A stretch of DNA of 56,516 bases, filler included, from Sphacelaria rigidula (taxonomy: Eukaryota), in NCBI GenBank assembly GCA_964200075.2. It is 7 parts of 7 records of this genome, joined end to end, with 100 filler letters (N's around TTAATTAATTAA, not from the genome) between each part and the next. Parts side by side here need not be neighbours in the genome. Positions count along the whole stretch, not along the records: positions 24,266 to 32,253 come from CAXNAA020012733.1; positions 32,354 to 40,341 come from CAXNAA020012734.1; 5 more parts are not named here. One strand, given 5' to 3'. Within the stretch, counting starts at the first letter, position 1, and each line of letters starts with the position of its first letter. Below, piece after piece: positions 25,625 through 36,238 of the stretch. The notes below the pieces were generated by a model. It searched no databases, was not told the DNA's origin, and worked only from the letters and a program-made list of their open reading frames with translations. Position numbers and translations under genes: made by a program.

Positions 25625-26093
25625 CACACCTTGGACAATATATGGTCATTTGGAAAGAAATAATTTAAACTGAGCTGCAGCATCTTTCCCCGTTGCCCCA
25701 AGCTTGAAACTCAATTTCCGTGACTGACCTATTTGCTTGCATCGACCGTTCCACTACTCGCAGATCCCGCTACGCCCCCATCTTTCACATGATTACAATA
25801 GACAAGAAATGTATTACGTGAAGTCTAGGCCTATTGCAGCTACTGTCGACCCGACAATGGGCGCAGTAGGCCTGTACTTCATGCGGTTTATTTTTTTCGT
25901 CTAGTGCAACTATTACACACCCTGGACAAAGGATTATATTGTAAAAAAATGTACTGCGTACAGTATAGAGTCTACTGTCCATTGCAGTAGGCGCTATAGT
26001 CGATATCGTACGCAGTACACTTCATGACATTGTCATGATCTATTGTCCAGGGTGTGAACAATCATATTGACCATATATATTGTCCAAGGTGTG
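25625..26093. mobile_element. Foldback MITE containing a nested member of the same family (25916-26056)
   Basis: Outer TIRs CACACCTTGGACAATATATGGTCA / TGACCATATATATTGTCCAAGGTGTG; inner CACACCCTGGACAA / TTGTCCAGGGTGTG. Confidence 0.82.
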
Positions 26094-26571
26094 GAAAGGA
26101 CTGATCACAGATCTCAAAATGGAAGCTTGTCACCCAATTTTTATAAAAAAAAAGAAAACAGAGAGTTAGTTCACATTAAAAATCAGTGCTGATCCAATCC
26201 TATCATATAACGCAGGATTTTACAAAATTGCACGGGGTCGGACGAATAATGATTCGCCTGAAAATTGCTTGTGTTTGGTGTCATCGGTTCGTACCGTGTA
26301 CGAAGCAATCCTTGAGTTTTGTCTTCAGAGATGCACCCCCGGTAGACGCACACCAGGCAGGTGGGATAGTGCGATTTTTGCATGGAGACGTTGTTGACCC
26401 GCGGTCGATGTTGTTTGTCCTTGTCGAGCACTCCGGCCTCAGCAGCCGTTGATTTGCTTATTCAAGCCAGCTATTATCCGTCTGACCCTTGCCAAGTTGT
26501 GAAATGATTTTACTGTTTTTTAGTACGAATGGGCCGTGGGGACCCACCCTTGTGAGTATCGAAATATCCAT

Positions 26572-26738
26572 CACCCTGGACAGCATATGGTCAACAGATG
26601 CAAGAGATCAAAACTGTACTGGGTTAAGTGGAGGTCTGTTGCACCTATTGTCGGTCTGATAATAGTTGCATTTGACCTATACTTAATCCCGTACATTTCT
26701 GGTCTATCGAATATATAGTCCATATATTTTCCAGGGTG
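26572..26738. mobile_element. Foldback MITE, same family
   Basis: CACCCTGGACAGCATATGGTC ... GTCCATATATTTTCCAGGGTG. Confidence 0.78.
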
Positions 26739-26749
26739 AGGAATATTTT

Positions 26750-27112
26750 AGAAAAAAACGCGATTTCAGTCACCGGCCGTGATGTGTGGTCTCGCTCATC
26801 CTCGAAATAATCCATGCGCAATTTGTAAAATATCCTCCTGTTTATACTGGACAAGTTCGACCTCCGGTCATTGCTGTACCAAAAAACTGGTCAGGTTTGC
26901 CGGGAATGAATATCCCGTATTAACCCATAGACAGCGAGAGTAGGTCATCTGTTGAATCGGCATCAATTTTACTTGAAAATAATGTGCATGATCCAGAAAG
27001 ACTAATCTCGCGGTCTAAGGGTTAACGCGGGATTTTTACAAACTGCGGCTGGATAGTTTTTGAGGATGATCAACGCCACACATCACGCCCGGAGAGCGCA
27101 CTTGCTTTTTTA
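26750..27112. repeat. Imperfect inverted-repeat element enclosing a piggyBac-type MITE
   Basis: CGTGATGTGTGG..TCATCCTCGAAATAATCCA..GCAATTTGTAAAA pairs with TTTTACAAACTGC..TGGATAGTTTTTGAGGATGA..CCACACATCACG. Confidence 0.7.
26924..27021. mobile_element. piggyBac-type MITE (98 bp)
   Basis: TTAA on both sides; CCC...GGG TIRs; homologous to 36140-36238. Confidence 0.88.
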
Positions 27113-27298
27113 GTTTTCTAGGAAAATTCACATGTCGGGCAGCCAGCCCATGAGCTATCTTGAGCAACGAGAAGCGAAAGCGCTACAATTTGCCGTACTC
27201 CGTATGCTCGGCGGTTCAGCGCTGTAGGGCGATGATATGGGAAACGGGATCGAATCAGCTACAATAGGTCATGATCCAGATCGTTACACCATTATCAA

Positions 27299-27512
27299 AG
27301 AGGTATCTCCAACTCGGCTCCCGGTATCCTGGTTTGTTGTGTTCTATACTCTCGAGTGAAAGTGATAGCGATTCATCAGATGATGAGACCGTGTGACTGC
27401 CAGGTCAGGTCCTCTCATGAATCGCGATCGCTTTTTCTTAAAAAAAAAATGGCACACAACTCAGAGCCAGCGAATAAAGCAGGATACCGGGAGCCGCGTT
27501 TGAGATACCTCT
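27299..27512. mobile_element. MITE with ~33-bp TIRs
   Basis: AGAGGTATCTCCAACTCGGCTCCCGGTATCCTG / CAGGATACCGGGAGCCGCGTTTGAGATACCTCT; no clear TSD. Confidence 0.75.
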
Positions 27513-28015
27513 GATCAAGAAGTGATTTTCAGGTTGCTCATTAGCGGTCTGACGTACGTGTGACATATTTTGATGCTTACGGAGGTCCCCAAGGCTCGTC
27601 CTCGGAAAAGAAATCGATCCGCGATCTGTAAATCCCGTGTTACATGTATCGGAATTGCCGGTCAGGTCAGTACCATGAAGAGATACATGCGGGCTGATGA
27701 TATCGTCACGTAACTGCGGACGGGTCGCGAGGAATCGGGAGATGTCCCAAGGATGAACAATCTATACATATAGGAAAGAGCAATGAATACGAACCCCAAG
27801 CGAGTTATATAAATGAAAGTTGATAACAATCATTCAAGGGTGTGTCGTGTAGGGTACAAAATACCAGGTATTTATTTTCCCGAGTTTTTTGCCGTGATGG
27901 CCCGATCTCCGCACTCTTTTCCAAATATTGGAGTAAAGGTAGGTACGATAGCATTACACTACCCAATGTCTGGGTTTTGTTGAGCGCGATCGCATCACTC
28001 TCTACCCAAGTTTTG

Positions 28016-28429
28016 TACAGCTCGGAAATGGCACCAGTTATAACTGGCCATTAATTACAATGGTAACAATGGTGATGGTTATATGAAAATTTGTGATCAT
28101 GGTTTCGAACTATTATTTACCGTTACCGGCTTTATAAGCTGTTACGGGCTACGTATGCCACATGCAGCCCTTGAAAATTGGCCCGAATATGACGTTTTTT
28201 TTTGCTCTAGTGAAGCCAAATCACGTGAAAACGTGCCTCCCGCATGACGCCTCCAGCGGGGCCCTCCGGGGGCGCCTCCGGCGGGGGCCTCTCTGCCGAG
28301 GGGGGCTTTTTGGGTCGCGGCTGCGCCGGTCGATGACCAAACCATCATGTACCATTTTACTGGTTAATGAGTGCGCTGCGCGTCACCATTCAACTGGTTA
28401 ATGGTTAGACAAACCATTTCCGAGCTCTA
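28016..28429. mobile_element. Non-autonomous hAT-like element (414 bp)
   Basis: TIRs TACAGCTCGGAAATGG / CCATTTCCGAGCTCTA; 8-bp TSD AAGTTTTG at 28008-28015 and 28430-28437; subterminal AATGG/CCATT repeats. Confidence 0.88.
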
Positions 28430-28515
28430 AAGTTTTGGGTACTCCAAGTTTAATTTTGAAAAATACTCTACCCAGTTTACCCTTGCCGTCATTATTGTTG
28501 GCGTTGACGCTGGGG

Positions 28516-28790
28516 GTACTCATGATGTTGCATGCCGTAGTCACATGGCCACTGACCATTGAGCTTGCATCCCTACAGAAAAAAGCCGGGACGGAGCACG
28601 CCGGGTTTTTGCTGGACCAGGCTCGCAGGCAATCATCAAGGGCGAAGTGCCGTGATGTGTTCGGCGAGTCACATGAAAAATGAACTGCATCTTGCTAAGA
28701 TTGTTCAGCCCCAAAGCCTACTCATTGTCTTGCATTTGGATGAAAGTCTGCAATGAGTTGCTTCATATTTCTGGTATCACCATTGAAACA
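28516..28790 (-). mobile_element. LINE family B 3' fragment
   Basis: Ends ..CATCATGAGTAC-CCCC on the minus strand; homologous to 32993-33197 and 56385-56516. Confidence 0.82.
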
Positions 28791-29261
28791 CTACGTACAA
28801 TAGTACGATCATCCTCTCTGCGCAGAGTTGAGGTTTTCCACCCCGCACAACATGATCTAGCTAGATTATCATCTTGGTTACCGCACAAAAAAAAAGCGAA
28901 GAATCGCGGCAAGCTGGTCGCCTAGCTCACGCAGCGTATTTTACAGCGTTGTTGCCAACCGACGCCAACTCTCAACCGGGCGTAAATGGAGGTGAGGGGG
29001 AGGAGTAGGAACAGGACGGAAGCGGAACGATGCCCCCTGCTTATTGAGCGTCATGCCGTCATTTGTTTCTCGTCTTGTAAACTTTTTTTCTGCTTTTCGA
29101 TGTTGTGTACGTCTTGTCTTTACTGTCGTATGTCTGTCGTATTCGTTGCTCATGTCGCTTCCGTTGTTGTTATTGTTGTTGTTGCCGTTGTTGCCGTTGT
29201 TGCCGTTCTCGATGTCGTTTTTGCGTGACGAATTCATAAAAAAAACATGCAGCTCTTCTAG

Positions 29262-30313
29262 AGGCCAAGCTACCAACAAAGCAACGGATACGGGAAGAAG
29301 GCGTGGAAGATGACCGAAACAGCTACAACGAGGATGGAGTTGAAAACGACCAAGAACACGAGGCACGAGATCCTCGCCCTCTCGAGAATAACGACAATGA
29401 TGGCAACATTGCGCCGCAGGACGTTCCGAGGAACGAGACCGAGAACTCTGCAGAATCCTTAAAGAACGGTCTCGAAGATTTGGTGGCCGAGATGTCCATT
29501 CGGGAAATGAAGAGACGGTTGCAAGAGCTCGGCGCCAATCCGAGAAGGTTGGGCAGTTGCCTAGAAAAGGTGCGATGCTCTGTTCTGCTTTGTTTCATAC
29601 CCTGGAGAACGTATATGGTCAATATATGCAGTAGACAGAGGTGTACGGGGTAGAGTATATCCCTGTTACAACTATTGTCGGCACAATAATCGCAATAGAC
29701 TCGTACTTCACGCAGTAAAGTTGTTGTGCATTGCCACTATTGACCATATATTGTCCAGAGTGTGGAGGCTTGTGACCAATGGTGCATCTCGAACCCCCGC
29801 GTAATCGGACTCGGACCCGGACCCGGACCTCCGGCATCGCCGATGCCAACCCCTGTGTGTTTGACATCCCTCCTTTGTCGACAGGATGAATGCGTGGAGT
29901 TGTTGATGGGGTCGTTGCTTCTGTCGAGAGAGGGGTTACTGCGGGTCGGGGGCCAGCTGCCTCCGTGGGTCTCGGCGATGAGGGGTTGGCGATGGAGCTA
30001 CCACTTCGCCAATAGAGATAGTCGACGCTGCTGGCTCACCATCGACGATATTGTTCGCTCCCCGTGGACGGTACGTTGATGTTGTTGTCTTTGTTGTTGT
30101 TGTTGTTGTTGTTGTTGTTGCTGATAATTATGGCAATGATGGTATGTATATCGTCATGTGGACATTTTTGTCACGGTTTTTTTTGTTGAGCGGTCGCCGA
30201 GAAATATGTAAGTTCGGTTGAGAAAAAAACCGCGGCCACCGGGGAAACGCGCAGGTGTCGTGGAACCATCTCAACGAGTAGAGCGAGTCATTCCAATATC
30301 TCAAAATCCGCCT

Positions 30314-30350
<37 letters not shown>

Positions 30351-31043
30351 GGCGGGAACCGACGCAGAAGCTCCAAAGAGGCATTTTTTTTCAGATTTTT
30401 ATTTTCGTTCACCCCAAGAAGTGGCCCAACATCTGGGTATATTCCATTGGGTTGCCTGCGGTCGCTGTATTCCCAACATGTATGTTCTTATTCGATACCT
30501 TGATACATAATTTTCACCACGAGCATACTCTATCCGATCGGTTGTTGCCACTCTTACCCGCAACATGAGCGTGTACCCTATCCAGTTTTTGTGTCGGCCA
30601 GTCTAACCCTGACATGTTCGTACCCTTATCGGATTCCGCGAGAATATTGCAGTCTCAACGTATGCGTACCTGATACGTGTGTGCACCCCATACTGTCGCT
30701 TTTGGCCGTTGTAACTCCAGCATGCGTATATCCCCATCCGATCCCTTGACACTTGAGTACTACAACCTCAACATTCGCGTGCCTTATCCGATCCTGCGTA
30801 GTGGTCATCATAACCCTAACACGCGCGTGTATACCCCATCCTGTCCCTTCGGGGCTATTTTTTTCTTCTTCTCTGTTTCTCGTCTCCAAGCTGAGCTTCC
30901 CCATCAACACTTCGGCCGCGACATCGCCCCTCGAGCTGCCCACCATCACTTGCGAATTCCATCGGGATTTTTCCTACACGGCAGAATGGTTCCACCCGGG
31001 AGGACTGAGCTGGCACTTCGAGGACAGTCATCGCTGCGTGAAG
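29262..31043 (+). CDS. Internal exons (29262-29569, 29885-30070, 30891-31043) of an uncharacterised protein with a SAP/ARMET-C-like helical motif
   Basis: AG/GT boundaries with phase-0 joins; MSIREMKRRLQELG..SCLEK-DECVELL motif, then WRWSYHFANRDSRRCWLTIDDIVRSPWT-LSF. Start and stop not found in the contig. Confidence 0.72.
29596..29764. mobile_element. Intronic foldback MITE, CACACCCTGG family
   Basis: CATACCCTGGAGAACGTATATGGTCAATA ... TATTGACCATATATTGTCCAGAGTGTG. Confidence 0.8.
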
Positions 31044-31186
31044 GTACAACGCACATCGAAAAAAACAACTCAGCTCCTTTTCGTCATCTTCCACGAGTAA
31101 GCTCCTCCCCGTCCCCCCCCCGCCTTCCCATTGGCACGTTCCCACACGTGGGACAGCTCATTAGCTAGCTACTCGAATAAATAGTA

Positions 31187-31767
31187 CTCCCTTTGTTCCG
31201 GAATATAAGTCCGATTTGGACAAAACGCAAGAAAAATCAACGTCGCGATCTTTCTTTAAATTCGCGAGTTCGAGTCCCACCTCGAACACATTGTTTTTAT
31301 TGTTTTTGTTCGGAAAAAACACATTTTTTTTCCACTTATTTTTCCTTCACGTTGTTCCTTCGCTTGAAAGGTCCCAATTTTTGGCACCCTGCAGTTTTTC
31401 CTCCCGTCAAAAGGGAAGATGTTTTTTTTACCCCCTCAATGTATCCGTCTACAGGTAGCCACATATGGCCACGTTGCACACAAAAAAAAGTCGGAAAAAA
31501 ACTTTTCCTCGCTCCGTACGGGACAAAAAATGACACGCTAGTTTTCTGTACTCACCAAAAATCTGGAAGATACGTCTCGGGGAGAAAAAACCATGGAAGG
31601 GGATGAAAATTGATTGTCCCCTGTTTTTGGCCAAATCTTCAACTGCACAACCTGTCCGAGCACGATGAAAAAATGGCGCCAAAATACCTTTTCTAACGCC
31701 CCCAAGTGCGAAACCGGACTTATTTCTGGAAAGTCCAAATCAGAATTATATTCCGGAACAGAGGGAG
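31187..31767. mobile_element. Tc1/mariner-type non-autonomous element with Stowaway-like TIRs (581 bp)
   Basis: TA-CTCCCTTTGTTCCGGAATATAAGTCCGATTTGGAC ... GTCCAAATCAGAATTATATTCCGGAACAGAGGGAG-TA. Confidence 0.9.
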
Positions 31768-32152
31768 TACTTCTTACTTCAGTTTTTTTTTTCACGTCTT
31801 GGTCTACTATCTCGTTCTGTTCCTTGTTATTGTGTTGCTCCTTCTTCTTCAGCGAGTGTTTCAGTTTTGTTTTTCTTGGGTACGTGTATCATGTGACCAC
31901 GGCTGGATCATGACTCCTGGGGGGTCAGTTAAAGTGCGACAATCAACCAATCAAACACATCAATCAGTATACTGATCCGGATGATGCGCTAGCTTATTTG
32001 GTCCCCTTTTTGTCTATACTTGTTCCCTTCAGCGCTAGACGTTGAGCACGTGGAGTTGCGCAAAGGTAAAGCCTTGACTTCTCGGACTCTGCTATCAAGT
32101 ATCTTGTGCTCTTGGACAAACACTTTTTACGATAGCCCCCCCCCCCAAAAGT

Positions 32153-32192
32153 CAATGGTCTTATGACCATGGCATGCATGATCATGAGTACA
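32153..32192 (+). mobile_element. 40-bp extremely truncated LINE family B insertion with TSD
   Basis: TSD CCCCCCCAAAAGT at 32140-32152 and 32193-32205. Confidence 0.85.
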
Positions 32193-32253
32193 CCCCCCCA
32201 AAAGTGCATGGTTTTGGGAGGCAAAATCTTCACGTAAATCGAAATGGGAAAAG

Positions 32254-32353
32254 NNNNNNNNNNNNNNNNNNNNNNNNNNNNNNNNNNNNNNNNNNNNTTA
32301 ATTAATTAANNNNNNNNNNNNNNNNNNNNNNNNNNNNNNNNNNNNNNNNNNNN
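32254..32353. other. Artificial contig linker
   Basis: N44-TTAATTAATTAA-N44. Confidence 0.98.
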
Positions 32354-32499
32354 CCCGGTACGTGCCTTTCATTTTGGTCCCGCCGATTGAGTCAGCACTC
32401 CCGCACCGCGTCAACTCACGTCACACAAACTCAGTCTACTACTTTGTTTACTCACCGTCCTCACACTTTCCATGGTGGAAATCAGACATGAAGAAAAAA

Positions 32500-32575
32500 C
32501 CCAACGCATCGGGAATCGAACCCCCGTTCTCTCCACCCTAATGTCGACAGTCGGACCATTACACCACCGGGGCGC
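32500..32575 (-). mobile_element. tRNA-derived SINE head
   Basis: A-box TGGTGTAATGG and B-box GGTTCGATTCC on the minus strand; near-identical copy at 48333-48408; no convincing acceptor stem. Confidence 0.75.
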
Positions 32576-32992
32576 AAGCTGCCTTGAGTAAAAAGCTTTG
32601 AACACTTTTTTTCCCGAAGACTCGAGGCGTCTACCCCCACAAGATTGCCTTTCAACGGTCTTAGCCGAGCCTCCGGGGGGAAATCGCCACACGAGCCCGC
32701 CCGCGCGGTGACTATTGGGTAAGAGGAATGAGGTTCTCTCCTTCCCTCAAGGGAAAAATAGAATACGTGTCAAACCAGCAGCGCAAGCGCCCAATAACAT
32801 CATCCTTAGCTCCCCCCGCTAAAACAGCGACATCATATTTATATGTAGGAGGACGTGTGCTGATTGTAGTCATGGTGTGTGTGTGCGTGTGTGGCATGAG
32901 GCTGTGCGTGCCTCACTACTACTAATACTGCCCGCGACAAGCAGCAGGCGGCTATGCTGAATTCCGGCGGGCGGCGGGCGGGGGGCGGGGGG

Positions 32993-33197
32993 TGTACTCA
33001 TGATCTTGCATGCCCTAATCATATGACCATTGACCTCGCGTCCCTACGAAGCACGCCGGGTTTTCGCCTGACAAGACTCGCAAATCAATCACCAAGCGCG
33101 CAGCGCCGTGATGTGTTCGGCGAGTCGCATGGACGGTGAGCTTCATCCTGCTGAGATTGTTCCGCCCGAAGCGTGCCAATTATCTTGCATTCGCATG
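32993..33197 (-). mobile_element. LINE family B 3' fragment
   Basis: Ends ..GATCATGAGTACA-CCCCCC on the minus strand; C-rich sequence also at the 5' junction. Confidence 0.82.
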
Positions 33198-33320
33198 GAG
33201 GGGGTGCCCATTTTCCAAGGTTGGAATATGGAAACGGACATCGCGATTGAAGAGAAGAAGAGAGAGGCCATTCACGTTTCCCAATTTACGATAAAAATAA
33301 TGGCGAAAAAAACAAAAATC

Positions 33321-33590
33321 GAGGCGCCTGCAGGACATGAAAAAATTGGGGAAATAATCGAGTGTTTCGGAAAACGCTTGTTCGTCATTTCAGAGTGCAA
33401 ATACCTCAGAATCAGAGTGTAACGAAAACTTATATCCCCCTCCATCAACTGTGATATTCCCTTGACTCTTCTTCCATGAGATGCTGTTTTTTCTGCACTC
33501 TGATCCTAAGATATTCGCTCTCTGAGATGACAAAAAAGAGTTTTCCGAAACTCTCCAATAGTGAGCATTTTGTTCGTCAACAGGGGCCTC
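33321..33590. repeat. Imperfect foldback element
   Basis: TTTCGGAAAACGCTTGTTCGTCATTTCAGAGTGC..AGAATCAGAGTG pairs with CACTCTGATCCTAAG..CTCTGAGATGACAAAAAAGAGTTTTCCGAAA; termini GAGGCGCCTG / CAGGGGCCTC. Confidence 0.75.
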
Positions 33591-34613
33591 AGGCGTCGTG
33601 TATGCAGGTGTACGGTGGAGCTAGGTTGCTTGTCGAGATACTAAAAAGGAAATACACGCCTAAATACGCTTGTTGTGGCAAAGTCGGTGCCATTTCCCCC
33701 CTGAAAGACGGATCCCAGGCGGTTTGGTGTTGTCGCCTCGAGAAAGACCGTTCGTACTCTGCGAAAGACTTTCTCCATCTCTGATATGCCCCCAGTTTGA
33801 CTTTCGCTCAAACTACAGTACTACAATGATGGCAGTTTCTCACTCGAATAAAATTTCATGATTTTTTTCACTCAAGTTACGATCATGTATGTATGTTTGT
33901 AGGAAAGGAGTCACTTTTCTTCTACTCCTTTTTGGATGCCTTCACTTTTTGTTGTATGAGAAATCGTTCATCAATCATCACACAGCAGTACAGCCGGAAG
34001 TCGTAACTTGGGGGTGGGAAGTGGTAGTACAAAAACGATGGGAAAATGTATGCTGAGATCCTCTAATAATCGAGTAAGTACCATACAGCAAGTCTTGTCG
34101 AGGCGGTGCCATCCGTCGAGTTTGGGTTTTGGGAGAAAAGGCGCCGAACCACCAAAAATGTGTTCCATTCTCCAAGGAGATTGATACTTAACGATGTTTT
34201 CGTGAGATTGATAGTAGAGGATACGATTGAGAGTGGAAAGCGGTCAATTTGTGGAGGAATCGTTTCTGTTCCGAAGTGCCCCTTCACGGGGCCCGACATG
34301 CTTTCTGTAGTAGCTTCCTTGCCACTGAGGCCCTTGATATCCCCGAGAGGGATATCAAAGTGTAGCTGTAAGCACACGCCAGTGATGAAGGCAAAGAAAA
34401 GCACACACGAAATGAAAAATTGGCCAAGTTGACCCTTTGGGAACCCAGTGCTAATTTTGTTCTTGTGAGTAGGCATCAGTCATTCTCAAGTCAAAATAAT
34501 GCAGATTCACAAAAACAAACACACAGAACTTGGTTCCCAACGGCTTAAAATGATCCGCGCTCTACTCTCAATCTCACGAAAACCTTTTTGTTCTTTATAC
34601 TTCTCCATCATAC

Positions 34614-34980
34614 CTGACCACGGCGAGTCCCGTGTTCCGATTCCCAATCGCAAGACCTACTCTCTTCGCCAGCGCCACTAGCGCCGATTTCCTGACCCCG
34701 AACGTCGCCCATTGGTTCATGTATCCACTAGGCCCGCTCGTGCGCTTTGACGCTTTCTTACGCCCATCCGAAAAGGACGTCGTGCGGACTACGCAGCCCG
34801 TGATGGGAAAGGCGTTCGTCAATCCGATCCCGCGATGGACGAACTCGATTTCGCGCCAGAGCCGATCCTTGGAAGGATCCGCTGCGCCTAGCTCCTTTGT
34901 GTTATCGTCATACTCCCGGCACGTGATCGCTTCCGCCGGTGTGGCTCCCAGGCCAATGGGCATCGGAAAGGGTCTGCCGG
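34614..34980 (-). CDS. Probable isolated internal exon of an unknown protein
   Basis: Long polypyrimidine tract plus CAG acceptor (34983-34981), CAG/GTATGA donor, single open frame (GRPFPMPIGLG..DRLWREIEFVHRG..). Confidence 0.6.
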
Positions 34981-36139
34981 CTGAGAGAGAAAGAGAGAGG
35001 GGGGGAGGGAGGAGTAAAGAAAAAAGGGACGGGTAGATAGATGTTGATGCGGTGGTTGTGATGATGGTTGGTATGGCCGTTTTTTGGGGGTGCTATTCAT
35101 TGTAAAGGGGTGTTGTCGTCATCTCGGAACTAAAATGACGATACGTCGGTGGTTTAGGCCGTCTCCTTCAGGACGCACGTGTGTCAAATTTTCCATTACA
35201 GCTCCACGGTTCGGACGAATCACCGCCGGTTCGAATCACCGAATCCACGATTATTTATCAGGCTCGATTGCTCAAAAAAAGAAAAAAAGTTGACCGCTGG
35301 TCAAAAAGATCTCTACGCATTTGTTGGCGCCATTCCACGTCCCTGGGCTGCGCGCGTACCTGCGTTGCAATGCTGAAAACAAAGCCCAAGGATTGATTTG
35401 TACGGTATGAATCAATTACACGAAATTCTAGTAATTTCCACACGCGATCATCACTTCGTCAGACCCTTGCACAGCTCTCAAAACCGACGTGAAGAATGGA
35501 GCAAACGTAAAATTATTCCGAGAACATGGGGGGGAAGAACACACAACCTATTACGTAAGAATGGCTGATGCCCCCCCAAGTAATACATGAAAAACGGCCA
35601 GGAATGCAACGGACAAAACGTAGGCGACATCGACTTCCTGTCCTTCAGAAATGTGTAGATGTGAAATTTCGTGTGTCCTGATGATTGATTCTCAGAACCG
35701 GCGTGGAGAATTAGGAGCAAATTGAAATTTGTTCAAAGAATCTGGGGTGCGTGCTTGCCCGAACACTGAAGGGTGGATTATGACCACACGGAATCGATGA
35801 AAACAGCGGACACTATACTTGACGAAACAGTGGCGACCTCGGGCTGTCTGTCCGCCTGTCCTTCAGGAACTGTTTTTTCTCTTCTTTGAAAGCTAAGAGT
35901 AAGTAAGTGAACCTGACCCAACACTTTCCCCGCGAGCGGGTTCGTGTGTCGATTACACGGAGGCTCGACTGAACTGCCTCGAGAGTTCGGAAGCTTTCTT
36001 CAAGGCAGTATATTGGGGTCCCCCCCACTGAAACTCCCCATGAACTTGGCGCAGTGCACCCGCCGCCCTACTCTCAAGAGCTTCGGCCCTGGAAAGAAAA
36101 AAAAATGGTGACAGGTTGTCTCCTGACGCTTCCAGTTAA

Positions 36140-36238
36140 CCCTTAGACCGCGAGATTAGTCTTCTGTTGAATCGGCATCAATTACAAGTGGGAAAAAGTA
36201 TGCATGATCCAGGAAAGACTAATCTCGCGGTCTAAGGG
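36140..36238. mobile_element. piggyBac-type MITE (99 bp)
   Basis: TTAA TSD; perfect 24-bp TIR CCCTTAGACCGCGAGATTAGTCTT. Confidence 0.93.

Noticed and set aside
32500-32575. Functional tRNA gene (also 48333-48408)
   Set aside because: A and B boxes are present, but the 5' and 3' ends do not form an acceptor stem and no clean anticodon arm is seen; better explained as a SINE head.
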